DNA from: Leucoraja ocellata
Taxonomy: Eukaryota
Length of the DNA stretch: 64,000 nt
Assembly: GCA_036785375.1 (NCBI GenBank)
Contig: JAWMAR010000008.1
Coordinates: forward strand, 3,162,001 to 3,226,000
Reading direction: 5' to 3'
This document shows positions 23,711 to 36,362 of this stretch, piece by piece. The notes under the pieces are model-generated. The model saw only the letters and a program-made list of their open reading frames with translations. It searched no databases and had not been told where the DNA came from. Every line of letters begins with the position of its first letter. The first letter of the stretch is position 1. The translations under genes and the position numbers were made by a program.

Positions 23711-24754
23711 TTCATTACATGTGCCCCAGCTGAAGCATTAATACTGCTCTTAGAACTACACGCAGCCTTTTTGATCGGAAAAAGACACACAATGCTAGTG
23801 TAGCTCAGCGGGTCAGGCACTATTTGGGTAGGTGACTTTTCGGGTTGGGACTTTTTTATTTTCCAGAGTCTGAAGTATGGTAGTGACCTGAATCGTCACC
23901 TATCCACGTTCTCCAGAGATGCTGCTTGACCTGCTGCATTACTCCAGTGCTATCTCTTTTTTTTATTAAAAACCCGCTTCTGCAGTTCCTCGTTTACACA
24001 TTTTTGCTGATTGGATTATCTCTGGATCATATTGAATGAATTATTACATAATTTCTATACCTCAGCACCGACAGATGTTAACGGAAGTCTTGGAATGTGC
24101 TTGGTGCTAGGATGCAGGTAGACATATTATATTAGATGGAAAGGAATTTACTCCATTGCTGAGGAAAATTTACAGCGTCTTGAATTCGGCAGCTGGGTGG
24201 AAATCTGAGAAAGTGATATTAACTTTAAGAAACCGACAGAATAATATGAGAAATAATTTGGGTCCTTTTATAACAGTATAGACATAGCATTGCTTTCAAT
24301 TGCTGGATGATGGCCAACAGAATGATTCAAAGCCGTTTTAAATCAAGTTATTAGAAATTAAGAAACCAGCAGTAAGTTATTGATAATTGATAGGTGCAGG
24401 GAGAGAGACTGCAGGATTAATCGGGCAATGGGTAAAGCGAAGACTGAGAGAAGGTGCACGGGTAGTCTTGAGTCTGACGTTTTTGAGAAAGAAGGCAGGT
24501 TGTGATGGGGAATGGGAAAGGAGATTATTTCCTGGCATTGGCCGAAGAGATGACAAAGCCTTTTCCAGTTCCTGTGTCTTCCTGGACTTTCTGTAAGCAA
24601 AGCAACATCAGAGCCCATCAGCACCAACACCTCGGCCACATCAGCCACATTGTGCCTCTAACTTTCCGAGCAAATGCCAATGCTTCCACCACAGTAAACA
24701 ATCCTGGATTAGCCATCCTGCATGTTAGCAGCTGGATGCATCAATTAGATATGT

Positions 24755-25018
24755 GGCACGGTGGCGCAGTGGTAGAGTTGCTGCCTTGCAGCACCAGAGA
24801 TCTGGTTTCGATCCTGACGACGGATACGTGCCTGTACGGAGTTTGTATGTTCTTCCAGTTACTTGCTTGGGCTTTTTCCTGCAGCTCCGGTTTCCTCCCA
24901 CATTCCACAGGTTTGAGCACTAACTGGCTTGTCCCCAGTGTGTGTTGGATAGTGATGGTGGGATCGCTGGCCAACAGCCCAGTTTCCGTGCTGTATCTCC
25001 AATCTAAACTAAAACTAA
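24755..25018 (+). mobile_element. tRNA-derived SINE ending just upstream of exon 4
   Basis: ggcacggtggcgcagtggtagagttgctgcc head and tgtatctccaatctaaactaaaactaa tail. Confidence 0.9.
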
Positions 25019-25052
25019 TCAGATGCCTGAATCTTTGTTATTTCTTCTCCAG

Positions 25053-25162
25053 GTCGCTGGGGAGCACAAGTATCACCCAGAATGCTTTACATGCCTAAAG
25101 TGCGGTGCGTTTATTGGAGATGGCGACACTTATGCATTGGTAGAGCGCTCCAAGCTCTATTG
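25053..25162 (+). CDS. LIMK1: LIMK1 exon 4 ([37 protein letters not shown])
   Basis: ctccag| acceptor, TG|GTAAGT donor, 110 nt. Confidence 0.97.
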
Positions 25163-25957
25163 GTAAGTACTGACATGGACAAGTTACATGGACATGAACC
25201 AAGGTCTCTGACGCTTACATTTGGTTTGTTACGATGTGCGATTTCTTGGGGAAGCCAGCATTGTCTTCCTGTGCCCTTCTTTTTATGATGGCTTACTTAT
25301 TTGTTGCTCAGTGATATATTTTTTTTATCAGTACCTTGTAGACTGAGAGAAGCGCATGGAAAGCTGAGGCTTTTATACTGACTGGAAGAGGTTTGCCTGT
25401 TGAACGCAGACAGTATCCTAGTGCCAGTGCTCAGCACTGAAAACTTGTAGTAGTTTTAAGTACTTCCTGATGTGGTGAAATCCGATTCAACGTTGCTCCG
25501 CTGTGAATTGAATTGGCATTGCAAACATTCCATGAGAGTAACTTGTTCCTGGCCTCCTTACCATAACGTTTGGAGATACTAAAATTATTCTATGAGGCTT
25601 GATTAGTGTTGTGTTTGAGAAATCAGTTGCATTAACAAAATTTGGAACAGTGTCAACTGTTTTTTGCTGCAGCTTTCCCTCTCGCCCCTTATTGCTAATC
25701 CTAGTTATCCAGCTCCAAACATGTATGCATTCTGCATAAACGTGCCATTGCACAGCATGGGGGCTGATTACGTTTATTTTTTCCAAAGAAACTTGGCGCA
25801 GACCAGGGACAGCCCATGGGAATGCTTTGGAATTATGTTTTGGAGGAATATCAGTTGGTGTCATAAACTTGCCATCTTGCAGCTATTAGTGCAGCTTGAT
25901 GACCATCCAGGTTGCTCTGTCCTCTTTAACGTCACTTGTCATTTGTCTCTGTTGCAG

Positions 25958-26164
25958 TGGTTGCTGCTACTACCATACGATAGTCACCCCCGTCATTGAC
26001 CAGATTCTTCCAGACCCTCCCTGCGCTCGCATTCCACACACTGTGACATTGGTTTCAATACCAGCCTCGACAGAGGGAAAGCGAGGTATCTCCGTGTCCA
26101 TCGATCAGCCCTGCAGTCCCAGGAGCTGCTCTTCGGAGCATGTGCATACTGTACGGGTCAAAGA
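25958..26164 (+). CDS. LIMK1: LIMK1 exon 5 (end of LIM2, start of PDZ)
   Basis: ttgcag| acceptor; [37 protein letters not shown]; GA|GTAAGT donor; 207 nt. Confidence 0.97.
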
Positions 26165-26944
26165 GTAAGTGAGGGGGCTTGCTATAATGGGGAGGATGTT
26201 GTTGCTGTAACTTGCTGAATCTTGACACATATTAAAGACATTTTTCATCTTAATGTATACCGTTTTCATTGTTCACTGTGGTGCCAATGAATACATGTCT
26301 TGAGTTAAGCTGAGAGAAATTGCAGTGAGTCAGTTTGCTGGCCCATGGCAAGAATCCAAAATGAATGGTGCTTTGCTCTTGTTTAACTTGTGGGGTAAAA
26401 GCAGAAGCTCAGGCAGAATTTCTGGGTGTGGTGGCAGGTGGATTGTATTTTTTTTTTTAATGAAACCCTAATTTAAAAGATGGATAACGTGGTCCCAGGG
26501 ATTGGATTAAAATGACTGAACTACCCAATTTCCATTGCATTCTTAATGGAAAGTCAGAGGTCTGGATCACATCTGGCAGACATTTAGATACTAACATAGC
26601 ATTTCCCCTGAAACCCATTACTCATCTCCATGTGGGAGAGTTGTCTGACAACATCTTGAGATCATTTTGCCATTAATTATCTAAATTGACAGCAGTTTTC
26701 CTCTTGTATCAGTCCCTCGTTATTTCAACCTAAGGGCAGCAGGGGGAAATAAAGAAAAATACAACTTTTTTATTTGCTGAGTTTTTACGATTGGACTTTT
26801 CTAGGTCAATATTTGAGTCAAAAGGTTTTCATTTATAGAGCTTTTCACAGCTATCAATGTATTTCTAAAGGATTAGCACTGTTGTGATAGTCACAGTCAA
26901 ACAGCACGGAAACATGCCATTTAACCCAACTTGTCCATATCTTA

Positions 26945-27615
26945 GAAACACAAATACATAGACAATAGGTGCAGGAGTAGGCCATTCGGCCCTTTGAGCC
27001 AGCACCGCCATTCAATATGATCATGGCTGATCATCCAAAACCAGTTACCCCATTCCTGCTTTTCCTCACATATCCCTTGATTCCGTTAACCCTAAGAGCT
27101 AAATCTCTCTTGAAAACATCCAGTGAATTAGCCACTGCCTTTTGTGGCAGAGAATTCCACAGATTCACAACTCTCTGGGAGGAAAAAGCTTTTCTTCATC
27201 TCAGTCCTAAATGACCTACCCCTTATTCTTAAACTGTGACTGCTGGTTCTGGACTCTCCCAACATGGGGAACATTTTTCCTGCATCTAGCCTGTCCAATC
27301 CCATAAGAATTTTATGTTCTGTAAGATCCGCTCATCCTTCTAAATTCCAGTGAATACAAGCCCAGTCGACCCATTCTTTCATCATATGTGAGTCCCACCA
27401 TTCCAGTAATTAACCTGGTGAACCTACACTGCACTCCCTCAATAGCAAGAATGTCCTTCCTCAAATTAGGAGACCAAAACTGCACACATTACTGCAGGTG
27501 CGGTCTCACCAGGGCCCTGTAAAACTGCAGTAGGACCTCCTTGCTCCTATACTCAAACCCTCTAACTATGAAAGCCAACATGCTATTAGCTTTCTTCACT
27601 GCCTGCTGTAACTGC
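26945..27615 (-). mobile_element. CR1 3' fragment, moderately diverged
   Basis: Aligns by eye to 15352-16020 (aggtgcaggagtaggccattcggccc...ttcactgcctgctg). Confidence 0.9.
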
Positions 27616-28413
27616 TAGATTATTACAACAATCCAAACAAGTATACGTTAATAGTCCACTGGAATTTCCATTTATAATGCATCAAGCTCCCTTCTATCCC
27701 TGCTCTTAAAACAAAAGACAACTGAGCTGAGTGATCCAGGCCATACATAGCTTGTAAAAGGTAACAAATATCAGCCATAAATTATTGGAGTGGGAGGTGG
27801 CAATTATTTTCCGAGCCAGTGCACCTGAAGCTGGCAAACCAAATATACATAGTTGGAGAGATGATGGGGAGGGAGCTAGTCGTGGGGACAGGGTTTTTGC
27901 CTCCATAGGGATAAAGAGAAAATGCTGACAGTGAATTAATTACACTAACTTCCTCCAATGGATCACTTGTGCTGCTTTCCTTCCTTGAAGACTTGCAAAG
28001 CCTGACCCGTGTTAAATGACAGAACCTGTAAGAATTATTTTGTTTTGGTGTGTTGGTCAGATCAGATATCTGATCAGATATTTCCTAGTTTGATCAGTTT
28101 GTTTTATGGTGAGGTTAGCAGGTCTAAATTATTTCTCAATATTATGTGGTTCTAGATGATACTGGAGTCTGAGGTTGAGCTACTGCTTACTGAACACTGC
28201 ATGTTATTGAAGTTGCTATTTGTGGAACTTCTGAAGATTTGGGTGGGATTTGAAGAGATTTAACTTTTCCTAGCCCATAAAGCCAGATAGAGTTTATGGG
28301 CTTTGGTGTACATTATTATTGAGGAGTTGGATCAGAACCTTGTTCTGTGGAATGGCTCTTTAGCCCCTTAAGGTCCTGTCCATTATTAATTTGTATTTCT
28401 TTTAATGTTGCAG

Positions 28414-28519
28414 AGTTGATACGGACTGCATCAGTCCAGAGGTGAAAAATTCCATTCATGTTGGTGACAGGATTCTGGAAATCAATGGAACGCCAATCAG
28501 GAATGTGCCTCTAGATGAG
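28414..28519 (+). CDS. LIMK1: LIMK1 exon 6 (PDZ: [35 protein letters not shown])
   Basis: ttgcag| acceptor, GAG|GTAAGC donor, 106 nt. Confidence 0.97.
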
Positions 28520-29244
28520 GTAAGCAGAGGGAAGATGCAGGTTGCAGCAGCTTGGCAAAACCCTAGCATGCTTTTATCTAGCAGCATGCAGTGAAACAAA
28601 CTAATTAGTCTGTTTTTGGTTAATGTCATCACCTAATGTAGAAAGGGGGGAATTGAGGCAAGAGAGACTTGGGGAGGGGTAAGTATGTGTATCATATCGG
28701 TATCATATACTGGGGGAGGGGGACCAGTATTAGATGCTGGGGTGGGGGTGATGAAGTTTTTCTTTCTCATAATTCCTTATGACGCGGGAAGCCTGTTGGC
28801 TCACTGGCTCAGTGCTGGCTCTTGGAGTGATCACCACAATCCTGCTCCCCCACTTGGTTCCCCTTAAACTCTCGCATGCCTGTCAACTCTCTTACCGGCC
28901 ACCTACAATGGGGATAGTTTGCAGTGGCCAGTCAACCTACCAACCTGAGCACATTGCTGGATGCAGGTGGAAGCTGGAGCACTTGGTGAACCCACGCAGT
29001 CGCAGGAGGAATGTGCAAATTCCACGAGGTCAGAAACCAAAACTGGGCTGCTGGAGCAGCTGCCCTCTCTGTCCAGCCTTTAGCACTGTCCTGTGAGATG
29101 GCTGCTGCTACTGAGCTGCCCGCTTTATATTGGGAATGCTTGATCCATGCAGTGGGGGAGAACAGTAGCTGAAAGGCCAGTCATAGAGACGGATGGCAGA
29201 GCTGGGTCACATGTTTCAAAGGCTTAACACAAAAGATGATGGAT

Positions 29245-29430
29245 GCGGGAGGAGGCAGTTGAGGCAGGTGCTATTGCAATGTTTAAGGAACATTTAGACG
29301 GGTTAATGGATAGGATAGGTTTAGAGGGATGTATGGGCCAAATGCAGGCAGGTGAGGCTAGTGTAGATGGACGTGTTGGTCGGTGCGGCAAGTTGGGCCA
29401 AGGGGCCCGTTTCCACACTGTATGACTGAC
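29245..29430 (+). mobile_element. CR1 3'-end fragment
   Basis: Peptide EEAVEAGAIAMFKEHLDGLMDRIGLEG followed by a CR1 3' UTR. Confidence 0.8.
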
Positions 29431-30309
29431 TCCAGCAGTTACAGTTGAGGTAAATTGGACTATGCCAGCAATGTTCAGGTGAGCGTGTGCACAAACCAAA
29501 AATGATAGTATTGGGGCTAAATGTATGACAGGAAAGGGAGTGAAAGATGTCAAGTGTATCAAGTATTATGTGGGTGATGTGAAGGGTATATATTCAGGGA
29601 AAAGGAGATGTAAGCTCAGGGAATGAGTGTGGAGTAGTGGAATAATGAGATACCAGCATTAGTTACTATGAGTGCTAGAAGTCAACTAGAAATAATGAAA
29701 TTGAGGAGAGGGAAGCTAGTTATATAAGTTGGGGAAAAATGGAGCAAACAACTATAAATGATGAAAAGAATGGAGGATTCGGGCTGTAAAATATGAGAGA
29801 AATTGGGAGGGACCAATTTGGTTGGTAGTATACGATCCACCAATCGCACATAGTTGGGGTGGGAGACTGATGTTGAGCCGATGGAATGTGCTGAAATAAG
29901 AACAAAATACAGGAAACATTCAACAGGTCAGGGAGCATCTATGGAAAGTTAATGTCGGGATGAAACCTTGCCTTCTGAACTGTCCCAGACTGGCAAAGTG
30001 TCTTTGGCCTGAAACATTAACTGTTTCTCTCTCCATGGATTCTGTTTGACTTGCTGACTGTTTCCAGCATTTTTGTTTTTTATATCAGATTTTCGGCGCC
30101 TCCAATTCTTTTTTTTTTTTTTTCCCAATGTAAAGAGCAGTCAGAATCATTGTATTGCGGAGAGTAAAACTGGTAAGCTCCTGGAAGATGCTCTAATCCT
30201 TTGTGTAGAAGTATTGCTTTTCTCTGTGCATCATATCTAGCCCTAGGAAAGAAATCTGGTGCTTGGTTGGCAATGTTATGATGGTGTGTGTGATGTTTGA
30301 CTTCTGCAG

Positions 30310-30488
30310 ATTGACCTTCTGATCCAGGAGACCAGCCGTTTGCTTAAGCTAACCATAGAACATGACCCACATGACCCAATGTTGGAGAATCAAGTGGACA
30401 CTACCAATCCAATGTCGGATGTCTACAGCCCCCAGAGACTAAGTGCTCCATATGGAGAAGACAGCGCAGTCAAGAAACGACCCATCAT
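30310..30488 (+). CDS. LIMK1: LIMK1 exon 7 (IDLLIQETSRLLKLTIEHDPHD...KKRPIM)
   Basis: ctgcag| acceptor, AT|GTAAGC donor, 179 nt, phase 0 to 2. Confidence 0.95.
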
Positions 30489-30849
30489 GTAAGCATGCTT
30501 AGATTAGAAAATGCTGTATATCTACAAAATGATAGATTAAATGGATATTCAGTACAAAATTAAATTCTAAAATTATGTGCACTAAAGAATTCAAATGTGG
30601 TGTGTGTTATTTAAGCGTCTGCAGATGGTTTTGTGCATAAAAGTTATTGTTCCCTGTGAAATTTACTTGGTGTAGTTAACATGCACAGAAATGCAGGCCT
30701 TTAACAGCAGGAACTTGCCCTACACCTGTGATATTTCAAGGGATTAACAGTTTTTACAGCTTTGCGGGTGCCTGCTTGAAGCCAAGCACTGTTCAATGCA
30801 CAGGGGTGGATGCCTGCAGTTGAAAGTTCAATGGCAAGATTGAGTGATT

Positions 30850-32450
30850 GCTGAATCTGTGCATTTTATTGCTGTTGTATCGGGAGCTTTAGCAGTGGTT
30901 CTGCAGAGTTTCCAACATGAGCAGGAGCACGAGAGAGGAGCCAAAGGAGCAAATGATTTGCCAGAGGAATCTGAAGAAGGGGAAGTGGAAGCCTCTGGCG
31001 TGGAGAACCCAATTCTCCAGGGTCTTACTGGAGCCATGATCCTATCTCCAGCTGTCTGAAGAGGAATGCGTCTGGGAGCTAAGGTTTTCTAAGGCGATTG
31101 TGAAGGCGGTTGTGACCGAGATCTCTCATCTTATGCAGACAGTGCATCCACCAGCGGATGCCCTGTAAAACAATATTGCCCCAAATATATATGACTTTGA
31201 TTCTAGGCAGCGACGTGTGACTTACACCATGCGTATTGTTACACCATACTTCAGGACTTCATGCTGTTCACTGCTCAGAGTGGGAAATGCGTTTACTGTT
31301 GGCCATGATGATTTTGGGGGATTGTGCGCATTCTTGGTGTGATAGACTGCACGTGTGCAGTTCCAGGATCTATTAGGAACAGCGAGCTCTTGAACCCACC
31401 CTCTGTGTTGGCACACATGCACCTCTTCTCTGGGGCAGACCACCCATGTCAAGTTCCACGAGAATCTCTCGTTTGTTGTGCAGTGAGACCGGATCCAAGC
31501 TACTGGGTGATGGAGGCGATTACTGTCTCTACATCTCTGCTCAACCTCTCTGCTCTCTTGCCTTGTCCATCGCTGACACATTTTAGTCCAAGTGAAGACT
31601 GGATGTTCCAAAGCTAGAGGTATCATTAGATGGGCATAATATGACATACTATAAGGTATGGTAGTAGGATATGCACAAAGTATCATCTCCCAGTCCATCC
31701 CCAGCTCTGTCAGCTGAGCCCATGATTACCAGCACTCTTCCCTTTACCTGACTTAATCTGTGGACACAATGGAGTCTCCCTCCAGTGTAACCGAGTCATC
31801 CCTTCGGTTATCAGTGGGTGTAAAGCACAAGATGTGCGTTTCCTGGAGTTGTTGTCAATGTGCAAGAAATATGGTCTTGTGTTAAGGATGCTCTTGCATC
31901 TTTGTCCACTGCATCAAACAGACCTATGGATTCATTAAACTATTTCTTACTTGAAAAGCAGCTGGAACAATAACAATGCCTCTGGAGAGGTGAACTTCCT
32001 GCTCAAGGTCTAAAATGTGGCAATTTTTTAAGCCACAGATTGACAGATTCTTGATTGGTAAGGGTTTTGGGGGTTATGGGGAGAAGGCAGGAGAATGGGG
32101 TTGAGAGGGAAAGATGGATCAGCCATGATTGAATGACTGAGTAGACTTGATGGGCAGAATGGTCTAATTCTGCTTGTAATAGAACTTGTGACCTGATGGG
32201 GGGAAAAAATGAAAAAGAACGACATGAAAATATACCTGGTGGATCTGTCATCGTGACCAAGTCTGAAAGGTCTCCTGTCAGTGATTGGATCTGTCCTATC
32301 GTGGATCATCCTGGTTCTCCTGCCTGAGCTCCAGTGTACGTTATGTCCATCAAGAGGTGGAATGGAGGTGATCTTCATCATGCAGCAAACGCAGGATCAA
32401 TTTGGCAAGCTGCCCTGGCCATGAATATTGCACATTTCAACTTCACAAAA
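30850..32450 (+). pseudogene. Fossil PIF/Harbinger (HARBI1-like) transposase remnant, interrupted by a CR1 3' end at ~32025-32200
   Basis: From 31040: SYLQLSEEECVWELRFSKAIVKAVVTEISHLMQ. At ~31320: RILGVIDCT, resembling the Harbinger catalytic GAIDCTH motif. Frameshifted; the extent beyond ~31400 is uncertain. Confidence 0.55.
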
Positions 32451-33284
32451 GCTTTTTCACCCCAACTTGGAAAGATTAGCGAGAAATTTCTCAGATTTAT
32501 TTGTCTTCAGATTTAGTTACCATTCTACATCTGCTCTATAATTAGATACAAGCTGCCATCCTTCCCAGACTCTGTTTTCAAAATGGGGTGTCTTGTTATA
32601 CAGACCCTCAATCTTCCTCTTTGCAATATTGTTACATTCGTCCAGTCAGCCGCCTGTTGAATTATTTATCACAGCAGTGTGGCACGTTCTTGCTGCTTTC
32701 CACAGCTTGATCTATACTGCATGCTAACTGCACCTCTGAAGTCGATATCAAAGGGAAACCAGCAATTAAATATTGAACATGGGTTGGTGCACCATGTGTG
32801 CTCCACATGCTGCCCGCTCAGGCATATCCAATGCTCTGATCCTATTCCTTCTCTCCAGAGATGCTGTCTGTCCTGCTGAGTTACTCCAGCATTTTGTGTC
32901 TAGCTCTGATCACATGCTCAGTGTATGGTCACAGTCAATTATGTATTGGCAAATGGTACACTTTTGAGAGCTCGCTAAGTTTTGACTGGGAGGTACAAAT
33001 AAAGAACCTAGTCTGGTATATTGCAGCATGTGTCACTCCAAGCTCTGCAATATATAATCTGACTCGTGACTGTCCACTGACACTGATTAAGGTACAAGGT
33101 CTTATTCTGGTGAGTTGTATCAGCATCTGACACCCATGACCAAATTTAGGTATGATAGTCCCATGATTTTCAGGTCTTCATTGAGGCATGATTGGATGCT
33201 GGTGACAATGCTAATCTGATTTGACAACTTAAAATCTTGCATTAAGCCTGAAGGGTTTTTATTGAGTTCTGAGATAATGATGTA

Positions 33285-34442
33285 CAGGTGCACAACCTTT
33301 TATCCGAAAGCCTTGGGACCAGACACTTGTCGGATTTCGGACATTTTCGGATTTCAGAATGGAAGATTTTTAGCGTAGATTAGGTAGGTAGCGCGGGCGG
33401 CTTGAAAAGTCTGGAGCTGCTGCCTCCTCCCGGGTGACCGGGAGACTCATTGCATAAATGTTAGTCAGTTAGTTTGGAGGGATTTTATGTGGTGGTGGTG
33501 GAGTCGGGGTGAAGGGGGAAGCTTTAATTCTTAGTCCCCTACCTGGTCGGCGACTCCCAACCTCGCGGAGCTGGGGGCTCCGTCCGGCCGCGGGCGGCGC
33601 CGGTTGGAGCTCCAACCCCGGCAACTCTACCCCTGGCTGCGAGGCGCTCCAAATCCAGCGCCGCCCGCGGTCGGACGTCCCAGCTCCGGGAATGTCGGGA
33701 GTCGGCCGCGTCGCAGCGCTGGGATACCATCGCGGAGCGTCGCTGGATTTGGAGCCGCGGAGCTGGGGGCTCCGTCCGGCCGCGGGCGGCGCCGGTTGGA
33801 GCTCCAACCCCGGCAACTCTACCCCTGGCTGCGCGGCTCCAAATCCAGCGACGCTCCGCGATGTTGTGTGTCGGCGGCCACAGCGCTCCGGAGCTTGCCG
33901 CACGGCGACCCGGTAAGGCATTGCCCGCTCCCCGCTGGTATCCCAGCGCTGCGACGCTGCCGACTCCCGACATTCGCGGAGCTGGGGCGTCCGGCCGTGG
34001 GCCGCGCTGGATTTGGAGCACCTCGCAGCCAGGGGTAGAGTTGCCGGGGTCGGAGCTACAACCGGCGCCGCCCGCTGCCCCACCGGCCACAGTGCTGCGG
34101 AGCTTACTGCACGGCGACCCGGTAAGGCATTGACCGCTCCCCGCCTCTCCGACCAGGTAGGGGACTAAGAATTAAAGTTTACCCCTTCACCCCCCTTCAC
34201 ATAAAAGCCCTCCAAACTAACTGACTAACATTTAAGCAATGATTTACAGATGTTTAAGCGTCTCCCGGTCTCCAGGGAGGAGGCAGCCGCTACAGTAGTA
34301 CAGACCTGGGTTGACCGTGGGTCGTTTTGGGTCAAGTTTGGCGCCAAACGCGAGCTTTGGTGCGCAGACGACATCTGGAAAAAATGGCCGGTTTTCGGAG
34401 CTTTTCGGTTTTTGGAACACCGGATAAAAGGTTGTGCACCTG
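33285..34442. mobile_element. Young fold-back non-autonomous Tc1/mariner-superfamily (pogo/Tigger-like) DNA transposon
   Basis: Perfect 22-bp TIR CAGGTGCACAACCTTTTATCCG and CGGATAAAAGGTTGTGCACCTG. TA TSD at 33283-84 and 34443-44. Long internal inverted repeats and intact CpGs. Confidence 0.93.
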
Positions 34443-34576
34443 TAGTTATTTTGCATGGCTCCAGTAGCCTGGTTTGTGTAAGACTAGCTTTGACTAATAT
34501 TGGACCTTGTTGAGTTTGATTTTTTATTTAACCACTAAAACTCGTCGGTGATGTTTCTTACTCTGCTTATGTCCAG

Positions 34577-34751
34577 GAGAAGCTGTAGTATTGATAAATC
34601 TCCCAGTGTTGGATCACCTGTCTCCCAAACGAAAGACTTGGGCCGCTCCGAGTCCCTGCGAATTGGCGCCGCAATGCATCGTATCTTCCGCCCATCTGAC
34701 CTGATCCACGGCGAAGTGCTGGGAAAGGGCTATTTTGGCCGGGCCATTAAG
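34577..34751 (+). CDS. LIMK1: LIMK1 exon 8 ([43 protein letters not shown])
   Basis: gtccag| acceptor, AAG|GTATTT donor, 175 nt, Gly-rich loop. Confidence 0.97.
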
Positions 34752-35489
34752 GTATTTGTTTCATAAACCCATACTTAGGATTAGCTTTCCTAAAGATGAT
34801 TTTATTCACTGCTACACTCAATCTCATTAGGAAGCAGTGGCTGGGACACTGTTACATTGAGCATGGGTGCTTTATGTAATGATCAGGCTAACTTGCAAGC
34901 TCTCTTTCATAAGCTGTCACTGACCCATTTTCATTTGCTAAGAGACTGAAACTTGTGGGGGATTTGCATTCAGTCTCTGTAGTAATTATTTGTTTTTTTT
35001 TCCAAATACATAAGATGCAACTTCTGGTCCAAAGAAGGTTAGAAGATGCAGTGCTGTTTGGTGGAAACTATATAAATATTAACACTGCAAATTAGTTGGA
35101 ACCGTTTTAAAAGCAGGTTGTTCTCTATATATACAATATCTCAGCCCGGGTGTGTTTTCTTTTCCACCATTCTCTCTATTAGTTCTGTTTGAAAAGTTCA
35201 GAGTTCCAAGGAGAGATGTAGAATTGATTGGGAATCTGTCGATGATTCACTGCATGCAGAATTCTACCCCTTTAATCAATAGATGATTGATGCCAAAGTC
35301 AGTAGCCATTGATTGCCAGATGTAAAGGATGGCCCAATGACAAGATGTTCTTTGTAACAATGGTATAAACTCTCACTCTAATGTTCCCAAATATTAGTTT
35401 GATACTCGGATTAAAATTTGTGCCAACCCAAAATATTATGTGCCTTTTCCATGTTGATTGCCTTATAGAAAAACGTGTGTCATTTACAA

Positions 35490-35621
35490 CTCTAGGTGGA
35501 TGTAAAATTTGTGTTGATTGTGTGTTTTTGTCATTTTTTATTATATGTATGCCTGCAGGGAAACGAAATTTTGTTCAGACCGAAAGGTCTGAATGACAAT
35601 AAAGGAATCTAATCTAATCTT
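35490..35621 (+). mobile_element. LINE 3' terminus (Rex1/L2-type) with hairpin, AATAAA and (AATCT)n tail
   Basis: ttcagacc-gaaa-ggtctgaa hairpin at 35574-35593, then tgacaataaa, then aatctaatctaatct. Confidence 0.7.
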
Positions 35622-36218
35622 GGTCACTTGTGACAGAGGTTTTGTTTAGTGGTATTCTAGTTTACTACAGCAATACTGCAAGTAATCCAGCCCAATATTA
35701 TTACAAGTAGTGGCATTGAGTGGTGCGAGGTGTAGTTCTCCTGCTTGAGGATAAAATGGCAAAGATATGTTTGGAAAAGGATTTGAGAATGAAATATCAG
35801 AATAAATATAAAATATTATTAAAACTTAATTCCCAGTCCCTGCCCTCTTTGACACTGTGAACCCAATAAAAAATAATTTTCTTCAGTGTACTTTGTCTCA
35901 AAGTGGCACTCTAACTGTTCCAGGCCAAATTAGCTACCATTCCTTCCGTATTGCAATTGTGTCTTCAAAAGTACTTAGTTAACCATTTAAAAAATGGTCA
36001 GTAACATTGTAAGTAAAACTTCTTGTCCTTGTCAACAAATGTCTGAATTCAAACCCTCGGCCTGATGCTCCAAACAGCTTATTGTACTTGTGATCCAAGC
36101 ATAGGCCTTACTCAAGCATCACAATTCAATGTTGGTACAGTTTTTTAGTGTACATTTGCCGTTTGTTCCTTAATTGTGTGATGGTGTGTTCAGTGCAACA
36201 ATATCCAATTCTTCATAG

Positions 36219-36362
<144 letters not shown>

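Noticed and set aside
24502-25098. 198-aa ORF
   Set aside because: It runs through a SINE and crosses exon 4 out of frame; a chance ORF.
33469-34133. Several 90-204-aa ORFs with repeated peptides on both strands
   Set aside because: By-products of GC-rich direct and inverted repeats in the MITE; no transposase or other domain motifs.
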